A stretch of 63,816 nucleotides of DNA, filler included, from Rozella allomycis CSF55 (GCA_000442015.1; 6 parts of 6 records of this genome joined end to end with filler, not necessarily neighbours in it), one strand, 5' to 3'. Counted from the first letter of the whole stretch, positions 26,621 to 39,255 are shown. The notes: generated by a model not told the origin, from the letters alone. A program made the numbers and translations.

Positions 26621-27418
26621 GAAGTATTGATAAACCTTCTGGGGTTGTACTGAAAAGCCATTGGTCGTCAGCAAAAGCCAATACCGATATGTGGATGTCA
26701 AGGAGTTTGAAACCTAATCCACTGGCATGGAGTTTTTGCGAAGTGGGTCGTGATGTAAATAGATAGTTTGGATCCCTGGCTGATTGATCGTTGAGGTATA
26801 AATGCTTCCGTATATCCGTGGAAAGTTTGAATTTGAACTGTGCGTTTCATCTCTGAGGTGAATCAGGTGATCAGGAATATTGCATCGTTTTAGGTTAAAA
26901 TACATTGAATTTGCATTAACCTAGTCATACGCTTTAACTATATCCGTATTCGCAATAAACAAAGTCTGGTTGGTCAAGTTGGCGGTATCGATAATATTGC
27001 GTATTGATACAATTGTATCCGTGCAACTGTAATTGGGAGTGAACCCGGTGTTCAATCCCGTTAGAATTTTGTCTGAATTATGTTTATAAATATATTTCAC
27101 TAGTATTTTGTAAATAATAGAAGACAAGAGTTTTTTGAAACATTCAAAAAGTGTCATTGGCCGGGTGTTACTGAGATCGCCTGTACACGTCCGCTCCTTT
27201 GGTAGCAATATTATAGTTGCTTTGTTAAGCGTTCGGGGTAATGTGGCATATGTNGTGTTTTTATATTTATTTCACTAGTATTTTGTAAATAATAGAAGAC
27301 AAGAGTTTTTAGCAACATTCAAAAAGTGTCATTGGCCGGATGTTACTGAGATCGCCTGTCCACGTCCGCTCCTTGGGCAGCAATATTATAGTTGCTTTGT
27401 TAAGCGTTCGGGGTAATG
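26621..27418 (-). mobile_element. Degenerate non-LTR retrotransposon (LINE) reverse transcriptase fragments, two partial copies
   Basis: NKATIILLPK...DLSNTRPMTLFECFKKLLS, DIVKAYD*V, SISQG and ISVLAFADDQWLF motifs with stops and frameshifts; 27255-27418 is a diverged second copy of 27082-27243. Confidence 0.85.
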
Positions 27419-27518
27419 NNNNNNNNNNNNNNNNNNNNNNNNNNNNNNNNNNNNNNNNNNNNTTAATTAATTAANNNNNNNNNNNNNNNNNNNNNNNNNN
27501 NNNNNNNNNNNNNNNNNN
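27419..27518. other. Artificial 100-nt contig linker (N run + TTAATTAATTAA + N run); also at 38561-38660, 46984-47083, 56082-56181, 62471-62570
   Basis: Identical six-frame-stop spacer occurs five times and truncates genes. Confidence 0.95.
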
Positions 27519-28786
27519 TAAATGATGTTCTTCCAACTGATCATTCAATTCCTTTAATGTTTCTAAATCTTCAATATTCTGCTTCATCTTTTTTATTTGA
27601 CTCTCAAGATTAAAATTCTTTTCTGTCAATTCTGAAATCATCATCTCTGCATTCACAGCTGCATCAACATCCTCTTTAAGCTGATTTATCATTTCTTCCT
27701 TTTCTCTTAATTCTCTGGCATTCTTTTCATTCTCATTTCTCATTCTCTCAAATTCAAACGTCTTTTCTTCCAACTGTTGGATTCTCTCCAAATTCTCTTG
27801 ATTACTTTTCTTGCTCATTTCATCCAATCTCTTTCATTCAATCAAATCCCTTACCTGGCAAGCGCTTCCCTCAACATGTCATTCTCCAATATAATCTCAT
27901 CAATATTAATCTCATTCAAATTCGTTTCTTTAAATTCCTTCTTCTCTTCCGTTTGTTTCTTCAATCGCTCAATTTCTTCAAGCGCTGCTTCATACTTTTC
28001 TTCAGCCACCTCCTTGTCCAAAGTCAATATCTCAATCGTATCCAACATCTCTTGTTGATCCATCCCTTGACTATCCAACATCTCCTCCTTTAGTTTTCTA
28101 TTCTCCTCTTCTACCTTTGCCAGTCTTTCTTCAATCCTCTTCCTCGCATCCTCCGATTCTTGTGACATTCTCACATACTTTTTAAGCTCTTCTTTAATTA
28201 CTCTTGCATTTTCACGCTCAATGCTTATTTGTTCCCGCATTTTATTAATCTCTTCATCATCTGTCTTGGGACTCGTACTCGATCTTCTATTCTCAATCAG
28301 CTCACTCTTATTAACTATCCTTTTTTGTATAGAATCAGCACTAGTAATACTCTTTTCAACAGGTGATGTTCTTCCAATTGAAGTCCTAGGTAACACAGGC
28401 GGCATGCTATTTCTTTGCGAAATGTCCCTAGCAGTAATACTAGGTCTCACACTAGTCCTAATAGGTCCAACGCTATGGCGATCTCTAACAGATGCACTCG
28501 TCCTCTTTGCATTCTCAGAAACTGCAACATCTGGCTTACTCATGTTTCCCTCCTTTTCACCATCTCCAAGTATTTTCAAAATCATCGCTGGTCTCACAAA
28601 TATCCCATGTTTGTCTTCACACACAAAATATTGTGTTCCCTGCACCGTTCCATTGTTTTTGCCTGTAGGCTCATCCAACTCTATACCCACCCAAATACCT
28701 GTCGCAAAATCTGCATTTCCTACATATCGAATTACGCCTTCCAGGTTGTTTCCCAGAAGAACCCTTTGCCCAATCTCAAGATCCAT
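27519..28786 (-). CDS. DCTN1: Dynactin p150Glued, 5' part (truncated at linker)
   Basis: CAP-Gly domain (GIWVGIELDEPTGKNNGTVQGTQYF), IEILTLDKEVAEE, AEMMISELTEKN, IEDLETLKELNDQLEE. Confidence 0.9.
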
Positions 28787-28934
28787 AAATTCGAAAATTG
28801 GGAAACGCCATCAAGACAACAGAGAGAGCGATAACATAAAAATATAGTATTAAATTTAAATATAAGTTAAATCAAAAGAATCAAAGATTTTTATTGCAAT
28901 TACATTTCAGTAATCACTAGTATTATTTGTATAT

Positions 28935-29458
28935 CTAGAACAAGGACAATCCAGCATATGGACCGCGAATTCTTCTTGCCAATTGGATGTCTTTCTGCAT
29001 AACTGTAACCCGCTTTGCATGGATAGCACAGAGATTACTAATATAATCATATAAACACCATTACGCATCTTCAAACAAGTGTACCAAAAACGCCTCTGCT
29101 GCCTCCTGTATGGCAGCAAGTGCAGATGAAGACCATCTCATTCCCGTACTTCCAGAAGTAAATTCAGCAGACACAAAATTATCTGTAACTTCACGCACCT
29201 TTGATAAGCAATGTCAAAAATTACCACTCTGGCAAACGGAAGCTTTCTAATCAACAGCTCTGTACTTTTCTGATATTGACGAATTTCTCTCAATGCCTTT
29301 ACTCCCGGTCGTACGCGTCTATGTTTCTTTTCCGGTGCTTACTTGGAATTTCATAAAAAAATCATACCTATGGACTCGCGCACATTTGTTTTCGAGGGTA
29401 TAATTTTTCGACTAAGAGATTGCCGCGTTTTGGTTGAGTTTGGACCACCTCTGGACAT
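28935..29458 (-). CDS. CENPA: Centromeric histone H3 variant (CenH3/CENP-A), 3 introns
   Basis: Divergent N-tail; [33 protein letters not shown]; extended loop 1 ([16 protein letters not shown]); RW in place of [22 protein letters not shown]. Confidence 0.88.
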
Positions 29459-29484
29459 TGCCTTTCCGAAAACTCCAAACACAG

Positions 29485-29497
29485 TTTCCCGCCAAAA
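29485..29497. promoter_or_regulatory. E2F-type site TTTCCCGCCAAAA in the 41-bp divergent CenH3/XRCC3 spacer
   Basis: Matches TTTSSCGC; lies between ATGs at 29458 (-) and 29500 (+). Confidence 0.5.
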
Positions 29498-29499
29498 AT

Positions 29500-30507
29500 A
29501 TGCAACACAGATCATTACCTTTGGCAGATAATTTTAGCCTGAATGCACAACTGAAAATACTTTCAGGGCCGTTAGATGCCATTGTCTCTGAAAAATATGC
29601 GGAAAACAGAGGTGATGCTAGAACTTTAAAGGAGAGGTTAGCAAGAGAATTTTTTCCAATTAATGACCTTATTAATGATTCTCCTTTAGTTCCTAGAAAA
29701 TGGATAACTGGAGATGATGCATTTGATTCATTTTTCCAAGGTGGGTTACCGACAAGAAGAATAATAGAATTGTCAGGAGAAAGTGGAGTGGGGAAAACAC
29801 AACTAGCAATTCAATTGAGCATGGCTTGTCAAATCTCTCAAGAATGTGGTGGTTTGCAAGGTTCTACACTCTACATTAAATCTGAAAGTGTTTTCCCCAC
29901 AGATAGAATATACCAAATGAAAAGACTGTTTGTAGAAAAAGAATATCCAGGCTTTTCTGATGATCACCAATTTGCTGATAACATTTATTTCCATCACGCG
30001 ATAAATTTGCCACATCTTTTTGACATCCTAGAGCACCAAGTATACTTGATGGTTCAGTGCAGAAAATTTTCTTCTTACCCGATTAGGCTAATTGTTATTG
30101 ATTCAATAGCTGCGTTTTTTAGAGGATTGGACTTGTCATTTACCGAACACACGGGATATATAAATAAGATTTCCAGGCTATTGTCTGACCTGATGAGGAA
30201 GCACAGTCTGACGATCCTTGTAATCAATCAAGTCAGTTCAAATATCAAAAACAAATTCCATCTAGGTAGTGGCCTTGACGTATTAAATACTGAATTCATG
30301 AGGGTTATTCCTTGTCTTGGAAAAGTATGGACAAATATTGTACATATGCGATTATATATCAAAAAGTGTAATGATAAGAGGCGATCGATAAAATTGGTGC
30401 ACACTGAAAGTTCCAATCACATACCAAAGGAATCATTAAAATTTTCATTGGTAGAAGGTGGGCTACTATTTGATACAGATCACAATAATATTTACAATAA
30501 TCAATAA
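29500..30507 (+). CDS. XRCC3: RAD51 paralogue (XRCC3/Rad57-like)
   Basis: Walker A GESGVGKTQLAIQL, Walker B LIVIDSIAAFFR, LVINQV, IPCLGKVWTNIVHMRL. Confidence 0.75.
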   Translation: MQHRSLPLADNFSLNAQLKILSGPLDAIVSEKYAENRGDARTLKERLAREFFPINDLINDSPLVPRKWITGDDAFDSFFQGGLPTRRIIELSGESGVGKTQLAIQLSMACQISQECGGLQGSTLYIKSESVFPTDRIYQMKRLFVEKEYPGFSDDHQFADNIYFHHAINLPHLFDILEHQVYLMVQCRKFSSYPIRLIVIDSIAAFFRGLDLSFTEHTGYINKISRLLSDLMRKHSLTILVINQVSSNIKNKFHLGSGLDVLNTEFMRVIPCLGKVWTNIVHMRLYIKKCNDKRRSIKLVHTESSNHIPKESLKFSLVEGGLLFDTDHNNIYNNQ

Positions 30508-30541
30508 ATAGAATTGATTAAAATATATTTCTGTATTATCA

Positions 30542-31971
30542 ATGGTCAGATTTTATGTCTTTTTAGAGGTAGAATCAGTCAATCAGACAAGGGTCGATCA
30601 TGATCAATTTTCCGTCTGGTATAAATTTCTTTCGCGTTTAAGACAGCTAGTGATTTCTTCACAAATGTGGTTAAAAGAAGGAAGCCAAATACTTCAAACT
30701 CGCCTGACTTATGGACCCAACCATATAACCAAGGCCTGAACACGATATTAACACCAAGACAAACCAATAACTCGAGTAGATACATAGTATAATTTGCATT
30801 AATATTTTATAGAATTTAATTGGAAGAATTGTCAACATATCACGTATTTATGAAGCCAAAAATGGCACTAATAGCTACATTAATGTATCTCTCAGTGATT
30901 CAAATCCAAGATTAACCTTGTTATGTAAAATTGGTGGCGAGACAAAGCAAATTGAATGTTTGCTTCAGTCTGTAAAGGTATTGCAATTTCCAATTGAAAA
31001 TAGATTGGAAAAATTGTTTGCATATTCAATAGTAAAAAATGCAGTGATTCATTCATATTTTTAAATATATCAAAAAATAGCGTTGTGAATCTGACCGACG
31101 ACTGCGACGCATTCAAATATGATGTGCGCCTTTTGCAACTACAGCAAGAATATAACTTTCCTCGAATTATCAACGATTTAAATTCATTTTCTTTGTCTAA
31201 TTTAAAATTTTCCACCGTCGATGATATTCTAAGTGACAAAAGGCCTTTCATTTCACCTATAAATTTGATATCAAAAGTGGCCGAGATTTCTGATGTCCAA
31301 AGCCATAGCAGCAAAAAAATGAAAAGTAGAAATTTAACTCTTTTGGATGTAAATTTTCGACAGGTATACTTGACTCTATGGAATCACCAAATCCATACAA
31401 TTAACCTCTTGTCTTGTGATAGTAATTAACTTAGCATTGTAATTCCAAAGTTCTTGTTATTATTGATGGATCTATAAAAGTTCAGGGGAATACAGTATAC
31501 GTGTTCATTGATGATAGCGCCAAAGTATTAATAAATCCATATGGTTGCTCTGAATTGTTCAAAGGGACTTCATTTAAACAAAATAGGAGGCGCCGTTTTT
31601 ACAATGTTAAGGAGATTAATGAAGCAGTCTGCGAATGTAAATCGCTAAACTGTGAAAATGATATCAAAGTAGAGGGTCAGACTATCGGCTTAATTTGCAC
31701 GCGGTAATTATACGATAATTTGATCATAGAAAAATATTAAATTCTGGATTAGAGTCAATTGTTGTTGCTGATGAGTATGAGTGTGTGGAGATGATATCAC
31801 CTTCTTTGCAATTAGCAAATATTGAGTGTTACGAACGATTATTAATATATTTTACAGTAATATTTAAATTTAAAGTACATAAAGATCAAAGTTGACGAGA
31901 ATAATGTGCAAGTGAACGTTGATTATGCATCAGAGTTAACGTCCCAAGAATGGCTGAGAATATTAAAGTAA
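30542..31971 (+). CDS. Putative OB-fold protein, 7 introns
   Basis: KVAEISDV...RNLTLLDVNFRQVYLTLWNHQ resembles RPA/Cdc24-type OB folds; canonical tiny introns. Confidence 0.45.
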
Positions 31972-31986
31972 AAATAGAATTGCATC

Positions 31987-32889
31987 TTATTTCTTTTTAT
32001 TCTTCAAATATTGAAACACGTATGAAAAGTCTTTATCCTCTGCCTTATTTCCCATTTCCAGGACTTCTTTGTATATTTCCAACACCTTTGAAGAGATTGG
32101 CAATTCTACATTGCCACCACTTGCATCATGCGCCAAACTCAAATCTTTCTTCATTAGTTTTGTGCTAAATCCTCCACTGTAACCGTTGGAAGAAGGAACT
32201 TGATCTTGAACACCCGGGACGGGATTATATAGTTCCGAACACCAATTTCGTCCACTTGAAATGTTTATAATCTTAGTAAGTAGCTTTGGATCCAAACCTA
32301 GTCTTTGTCCAAGTAACAAAGCTTCACTTGTTCCAGCCATCAATGTACCCAAAAGCATATTGTTGCACAATTTAGCAACCAAGCCATGGCCATGCTTTCC
32401 ACAATACACAATAGTTTTTCCCATCAACTTTAAAATTGGATCTATTTGTTTTGCTTTCGTTTCATCGCATCCAACCATAAAAGTTAAAGATCCGGCCTCC
32501 GCCCCTTTAACCCCTCCACTCACTGGAGCGTCAACAGTTGATGCATCTTTCTTCTGAAATTCGTTATAAATTTCTAGTGCCAATTGTGGTTGTACTGTGC
32601 TACAATCTATTAACAAAGAATCCGCCAAGTTTTTCGACTCAAAGAGACCATGTTTACCAAAATATACTGATTTCACATGAGAGTTTTCAGGAAGCATGGT
32701 AATTAATTCATTTGTATAGTCTAGAACATTTTTTGGATTGGACACAGTAGCGCAGTTTGGATTGCTACTCATCTTTTTCAATACTTCAGTATTCGTATCA
32801 AATATAACCACTTTCCTCCCATTTTTAATTAAATTCTGAACCATGGGCAGACCCATTTTCCCAATCCCAATAAATCCTATGGTTTTCAT
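31987..32889 (-). CDS. HIBADH: 3-hydroxyisobutyrate dehydrogenase
   Basis: IGFIGIGKMGLPM, DAPVSGGVKGAEAGSLTFMVG, AKLCNNMLL, YNPVPGV. Confidence 0.93.
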   Translation of the reverse strand: MKTIGFIGIGKMGLPMVQNLIKNGRKVVIFDTNTEVLKKMSSNPNCATVSNPKNVLDYTNELITMLPENSHVKSVYFGKHGLFESKNLADSLLIDCSTVQPQLALEIYNEFQKKDASTVDAPVSGGVKGAEAGSLTFMVGCDETKAKQIDPILKLMGKTIVYCGKHGHGLVAKLCNNMLLGTLMAGTSEALLLGQRLGLDPKLLTKIINISSGRNWCSELYNPVPGVQDQVPSSNGYSGGFSTKLMKKDLSLAHDASGGNVELPISSKVLEIYKEVLEMGNKAEDKDFSYVFQYLKNKKK

Positions 32890-32966
32890 TCAAATTGGCC
32901 GGCAAAGAAAACAATCAATAAAGGAAAATTTGTGATTTAAAAGATAAACTTTAATTAATACTGTTT

Positions 32967-34220
32967 TTATTGTCTGTACATCCCAGTCTTGGGATTTTCA
33001 TTCATGAATAATCGGTAAATTTTCTGAGACATTTTAAGACCGATTTTGCGATTTGCCTTTGACCCAGATATCTTTTAAAGCCAAAAATAACAATTACTGG
33101 TATTTCCGCCAACAATGATTCATCTTGTGAATCCAAAAAGCCGCTATATAAAGTATTTATTGTTGGATAATGTTTCGTGATAGAATCTGCGATTGATTTT
33201 GTTAAAAGCAAAACTTCTTGAAGCATTTTCTGAAATGTATCTGTATTGTTCAATCCACTTGGGCCAATACAAAGACTATGGACAACAGATCCATTGGCAG
33301 CCGACTGTAACCAATATGGTTTGATTGCGATGGTTTTAATGATCTTAATTATGTCATCATACATTTGCCCCTTTTTTGAACAAAAGTATCCTCCAAAATT
33401 TCTAGATAATTGTAAATCTAACAAAATTGAGTCAAAATCCATTCTGGTTATGTACTTGGAAGCCTCATTCACACCCGAATTTTTCGAGTCCATGACAGCT
33501 TTCCTAAAATCTCTCTGTGCAAGTCTTTCTTGTTTCTTTAGCGCTTCTTCTATTTGATCAAATATGTACAAAGCCTTAAAATTGAGATTTCGCATAGACC
33601 ATTCCTCATGAAATTCAAAGATTCTATTCTCTTTAATTTTAGCTAAAAAATCGTCTCCATTCCAAACAAAAATAGCGTAAGGCTCATCTGTAACCTTTGG
33701 AGGATTTACAGGAATATATTGTCTAGAATCCTCATCCCATTCACTATCAGAATGTCTTTTCAGCCTTATTATTGGGCAAATAGAACTCCCCTCAAATCTT
33801 GAAATTTTGGCTCCGTGATCCCCGAGTTTAATGCAAAATTCTTCATCTACTATTTTGTTATCTACAACAACTTCAATATCCTGAATGGCTTGGTCTTTAA
33901 CACGTTTCTTATTGATCCGCTTAAGTTCCTTGGCATGTTGTTTTTCCTCTTGGTCTGCAATCTTAATTTTTAAAGTAACACCAAAATACTTTTCGTTTGT
34001 TTTTCGTTTTCTTATCGATTTCCTTTCCTCGACTTTTCATCTCCAACTTTGGGCTTTCGCATATAATCGAAGAACTCACTCCTCGATTTATCCTTTTTAA
34101 GAAAGGTATTTCGGGTAATTCAGTATCGCTTGATTCTTCCTTCTGTGACTGGACAGTACTTAGCTTCGTTAACGGTAAAGGGGATAAGATATCAATAATC
34201 TGCTTATCAGATTCATCCAT
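32967..34220 (-). CDS. EME1: Crossover-junction endonuclease subunit EME1/Mms4-like, 2 introns
   Basis: Inactive ERCC4-like region (DSILLDLQL) and HhH-like region (FQKMLQEV...IADSITKHYPTINTLY...LLAEIP...RKIGLKMSQKIYRLF). Confidence 0.7.
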
Positions 34221-34392
34221 CCTCCAAATATATTACTACAATATATTACTTCGATATTGAGGAATCGCTATCCAAAATTATCACTTCATTGTTCATGAAA
34301 TTTCTAAAAATACCCAATGCTATGATTGGTTCAATACAACACTTTTTAGAGATATATAACAGAAAAGTTGGCTTCCGTGATCACACATCATA

Positions 34393-35088
34393 ATGAAATA
34401 CTTGCCACTACTCATATCCGCATTACCACTTTCTTACGCATTTTTCTCTTGCACAGACGTTGAAGGACAAAATTGTCATGCCTTTTCAAGAACATGGAAA
34501 GCCTCTATTGAGGACAGTAAAGCAAACAGAGAAGATATTTGCTCCGCTGCAAATTTTGATGAATCATCTTTCTATTCAGAAGAATTTCCGATGGCATCAA
34601 AAGCTCAGAATTCGAAAGTATCTTTTCAAATTACCTCTTCTACTGGATCTTTCGGACAAATATCTTTCACTGCACACCGTTTGGATACTGAGTTGAAAGA
34701 ATTCGTGAAAGATGAAGAGGCTACAAAGGCCTTGAGTGAAACATTAAATGGACAAAAGAACAAAAAATGCCAAACTGATGACAAAGGAAATCTTTACTGC
34801 TTATACACTTTTGAAGCCTCTAACATACCTTCCTTGAAATGCTCTACCATTTACATGATCAAAATGCAAGAAGGCCCATTGGTTGATTGCTTTGACATTA
34901 AGTTCAAAGTGACGGCAAATGCCTTCGCAATGGACACTGGAATACTAATCGGAATCATTATTGCTGCAGTATTAGTCTTTGGTATGTTGGTCTTTTTCAT
35001 ATACAAATGCACATGTGGAAAAAGGAAAAAGGCGGTATTTGACGCCGAATCAAGAACTGGTTCTATTCCTTCCCGTAGAAGAAAATAA
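34393..35088 (+). CDS. Single-pass type I membrane protein with Cys-containing ectodomain
   Basis: Signal peptide, C-terminal TM (GILIGIIIAAVLVFGMLVFFIY), basic cytosolic tail. Confidence 0.75.
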   Translation: MKYLPLLISALPLSYAFFSCTDVEGQNCHAFSRTWKASIEDSKANREDICSAANFDESSFYSEEFPMASKAQNSKVSFQITSSTGSFGQISFTAHRLDTELKEFVKDEEATKALSETLNGQKNKKCQTDDKGNLYCLYTFEASNIPSLKCSTIYMIKMQEGPLVDCFDIKFKVTANAFAMDTGILIGIIIAAVLVFGMLVFFIYKCTCGKRKKAVFDAESRTGSIPSRRRK

Positions 35089-35151
35089 AATACAAATTTT
35101 GATATTTTGATATTTAAATATTTATTTGGCATTAACTATCGAATTTACCAA

Positions 35152-36219
35152 ATGTCTGTTTCACTCGCAAATGCAAAGGACTGGTTGACATCATCCCGCG
35201 ATTCATTGGAAAATTATGTTCTTAATAAGAGGCAAAAACTAAGGTTATATAAATATGACGAAATCCCTAATTATTTGAAAGATAACGAGTTTATTCATTC
35301 TGGGTATGCTCATTTCGTTGAAATTTTAGTTATCGAGCATATTACACTTACAAAGAAACATGGGCGTCTATCTTTACCATTCATAATGAAACCGGTAAAA
35401 ATATTACGAGACTTTTTACAGGAAACATATGGACACATTTGGGTGGATTTGTATTTCTATTGGGACTAATGATACACACTGTAATCTATTCTTTAAAACG
35501 AGGAAAGTGGATAAATCTGCATGAAAAGGCTGATTTCTACGATCATATGATATTTTCAAGTACTAGAGTTCATTAAAAGATTTATGAAGTATTCTTTATA
35601 TCCGCTCAAAAATGTTTGCTTTTCTCTAGTTTATTCCACATACACTTTGCACATTCAAAGCAAGCTTTCATTAAATTTGGCTGTCTAGACTTTGCGGGTA
35701 TTTCTATGCTGATATGCGGCTCGTTTTGTATCATTACTTACTATGGATTTTATTGCGACTCGTTTTGGAAGAGATTTTATATGCTGAAACTAGCATTAAT
35801 ATCTTCAATTGGCATATTTGGTAATACTCTGATGTATCGGTAGTAGGTCCAATTTATTCCAAATGGAGTACACCCGAGTTTAGAACTTTAAGAACAATAA
35901 TATATATATCAAGTGGGGCATTTTCAGCCATACCGGTTTTTCATGCAATATATGCGAACGGGATGCCGAATACTCCCAGGGGATTTTATGGGTGGCCATT
36001 AACTTTGGGAACATATCTTTGCGGGGCATTAATTTATGCTAGTAGAATGCCAGAGAGGTATTTAGCCTTTGAAGTTAAAAAAGGTTTTTTCCTGGTAAAT
36101 TCGATTACGTCGCACACTCGCACCAATTCTGGCATTTGTTTGTTGTATTCGGTGTGTTGGTGCAATATTATAACTGCATTGAACTTTTAGAATGGAAAAT
36201 AAACAATAATTGTGTATAA
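35152..36219 (+). CDS. PAQR family (AdipoR/Izh-like) membrane protein, 5 introns
   Basis: PNYLKDNEFIHSGYR, HNETGNIWTH, SSLFH, LDFAGI, YASRMPERFFPGKFD, HSHQFWH. Confidence 0.92.
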
Positions 36220-36444
36220 AGAACAAATAGGATAGGAATAATCGCCAATCTTAGTGTTTATAATATCATTATTTCCAAATTTAAATATATACTAAAAAGT
36301 CATCTTACCGATCCTGATTTATATACAGTCATAACAATAGCAAATTTTAGCTTCAGAATTGGCGAATGATGAATATATTCATAGCGATGTTTAAACATAA
36401 AGTATCAATTGAACAAAGGATTTGGTAAGAAGTCACAATAAAAT

Positions 36445-37173
36445 TTATTGAGCCGGCGCTTCTTCATCCTCCATATCGTCGTCTCGAATAATTGGTTTCC
36501 CATCCAATTTTTTTAATGTGGGAAACTTTTTGCTGATTTCCTCTCTCCAATTTCCATCTCCGGTGCATTTTTCTTCAAGAGGATTTCCTACCAGTAAAAG
36601 ATCATTGAGCAAAGGTAGTTCTTTCTACTCGAATGAATTTGAAAACAGAGTACCAAACGATCAATACCATCCCATGCCTTAATTTTATTATTTGAAGCAT
36701 AAAAAACTTGAAGTTTTTTACAGCATTCAATTCCATTAACCCTTTCTAGTTGATTATATGAAATCCACAATTCTTCCAATGTGTCTGCGACAGCGTCAAG
36801 ACCTTCCAATTTCTTTATGTTATTTCTACCAAGAGAAAGAATTTTAAGATTGGCTGATATGAAGCCTAAGAATACCTTACATAGTCCATTCAAATTAGAG
36901 ATTTTTTCGATTTGATTGGTGGATAATGCTAAATGTCTATTTAATATACAAATTTATCTTACTCGCATGCTGTCAAAGTAGCCAATGTAGCGTCCATTCT
37001 GGTTAAAAATGGGATGACCATTGTCAATTTGACAACTTTCGCTTCCGGGGCTTTCTGATTTGTCTTGTCTTCCTAATTACGAGCGGTAAATAATTCTACC
37101 CACATTTTTAAAGCATCTTTTAATGTAGTTCCTTTGGACTATGTAATGGACCATTGACCATACACCTTACCAT
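36445..37173 (-). CDS. DNAL1: Axonemal dynein light chain 1 (LC1, LRR), 5 introns
   Basis: [64 protein letters not shown]. Confidence 0.95.
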
Positions 37174-37236
37174 GGATATTGAATAAACAGTGGCTAAGTT
37201 GCGGGATCATAAATATTCCTTTTTCCAGTGTCGAAA

Positions 37237-38207
37237 ATGTCTTCAAAAGGCACTCGAATAGCCAATAACTTTAATTCACCCTTGTCAAACATTCAGGTCG
37301 GTAAAAGCAGGTTTAAAGCACCTCGATATCCGGTAGTTTTGTGTCATGGTAATGTAATGCATTAATTGAAAACAAAGTGCAGGTCTCTTCGGCTACCAAA
37401 AACTTGGTAATATTTTTTGATAAAAATAACAGGAATCCCAAATCTTCCAAAATTCCAAGCTCATTATTGGCGGGGCATACCAGTAATCGAAAGTTTATTT
37501 TAGACTTATTAAGAATGCATTAGAGGCCCTTGGAGTTGAGGTAATCGTTACATCTGTACCTCCATGTTCAACAATCGAAGAAAGGGCCAAGTGTCTAGAA
37601 AAACAACTTCGAGAAGTACTAAAATTTAGAGATTTTAGCTTGGTTGGCCATTCTATGGTAATTTGCTTCTCATTTTATTTTAAGGGTGGTCTGGACTGTA
37701 GATTCGTAATCTCTCATCTCTCACGTCAATTAAATGTTAGAAGCCTTACTACAATCAGTACCCCACACCGAGGATCATCATTTATGGATTGGTGTTATGA
37801 AAATGTTGATCGGAATCTAGTCGAATCAACTTTGAGGGGTTTGGCTATTGACGTTAGAGGATTTCAAAATTTGACAACCAAATTTTGCAAAGATGTGTTT
37901 AATCCACAAACGCAAGATAATAAAAATGTCTTGTATTTCTCATATGGTGCATCTCCCAGCAAATTCAATCAGCTTAGCGTCTTGGCGCTCTCTCACAAAA
38001 TCATCAAATTAAGAGTAACGTGATCGTTTAGCCAAAACAAAGGAAGGGTCAAATGACGGAATGGTTTCGATAAAATCATCTGAATGGGGACAATATTTAG
38101 GAACTTTGGACGCCGAACATTTCTGCCTTCGAAAACAGAACAAATATTTTGACGTTAAAAATCTATATAGCACTATAGTCGATCATTTAAATAAACAGGG
38201 GTTTTAA
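37237..38207 (+). CDS. Triacylglycerol lipase (Tgl2-like), 5 introns
   Basis: PVVLCHGLFG, YWRGI, GHSMGGLDCR, LTTISTPHRGS, NDGMVS. Confidence 0.9.
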
Positions 38208-38221
38208 GCTCTTTCAAAATT

Positions 38222-38560
38222 TTATTGTAATCTTCTGGAATTATCAATTTCATTTAATATTCTTTGAATTTGATCGTCGGTTTTTTTCTGTGATATGCTC
38301 TGATATGGTCATAGAAATATTACCTCGGTATGAGTGATTTGGTTTCATCAATTGAATCAGGGCAAAGATTAAGCAATTGCACTGCTTCAAAGTGCGACAA
38401 ACCCTTTTCTAACAAGGAAAACTTTATGTTTTTCGCAACTTCTTTGTTTTTAAATTTGTTAAAAGTTATTGAATGGTAAAGAGCTTGATTGTAAACACTT
38501 TTTTACTTTAACGGTGAAGTTACATCGGCAGGTGTGGGTGATTAATGGCTTGTCCAAACA
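38222..38560 (-). CDS. RPB4: RNA polymerase II subunit Rpb4, 3' part
   Basis: FNKFKNKE...GLSHFEAVQLLNLCPDSIDETKSLIPSI...DDQIQRILNEI; truncated at linker. Confidence 0.8.
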
Positions 38561-38667
38561 NNNNNNNNNNNNNNNNNNNNNNNNNNNNNNNNNNNNNNNN
38601 NNNNTTAATTAATTAANNNNNNNNNNNNNNNNNNNNNNNNNNNNNNNNNNNNNNNNNNNNGAATTTA

Positions 38668-39106
38668 ATGAGTAAACAAGTTTCAAAATCTATAACACAA
38701 AAAGCCTTGGAAAAGCTTAACAGCCCAGAATTTCAATCATACCTTAAAAGGTAAATACAATACGATCGACGTTTTGCAGTACACATTTCTGGGGTCCCGT
38801 GGCGAATTGGGGTCTCCCTTTAGCAGCGATGAGCGATATGAAAAAATCTCCAGAGTTTATAAGCGGCAAAATGACCGCAGGTAATTGTCTACATGGAGAT
38901 TTTATTGAGCTATGACTGTTTACTCACTCCTATTCATGAGATTTGCCTGGATGGTTCAGCCACGTAATCATCTTCTTTTTGCTTGTCATTTTACCAACGA
39001 AACATGTCAGATAATTCAAGGATTAAGGTTTTTGGACTATTATTAGTAACCAAGTTTTTGCGTCTTTATAAGTGTCAATCCGAAAGAGCAGACCAAAACT
39101 CAATAA
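38668..39106 (+). CDS. MPC1: Mitochondrial pyruvate carrier 1, 3 introns
   Basis: [46 protein letters not shown]; absent from the ORF track. Confidence 0.95.
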
Positions 39107-39255
39107 AGGCTTTGTATAGTATTGGATTTTATAATTTATTTTGAACTGTTTTGNTGGATTTCATGATTTATTTTGAACTGTTTTGAATCATTGGATTGAA
39201 AGTGTACATTGTGATATTTCATGAATGGCTTAGCACTTTCCTATAAGTTGATCAT

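Noticed and set aside
27419-27518. TTAATTAATTAA palindrome recurring five times
   Set aside because: Synthetic six-frame-stop contig linker; adjacency across these linkers may not be real.
28221-28847. Long antisense ORFs over DCTN1 and other genes
   Set aside because: Shadows of biased coding strands with no recognisable motifs.
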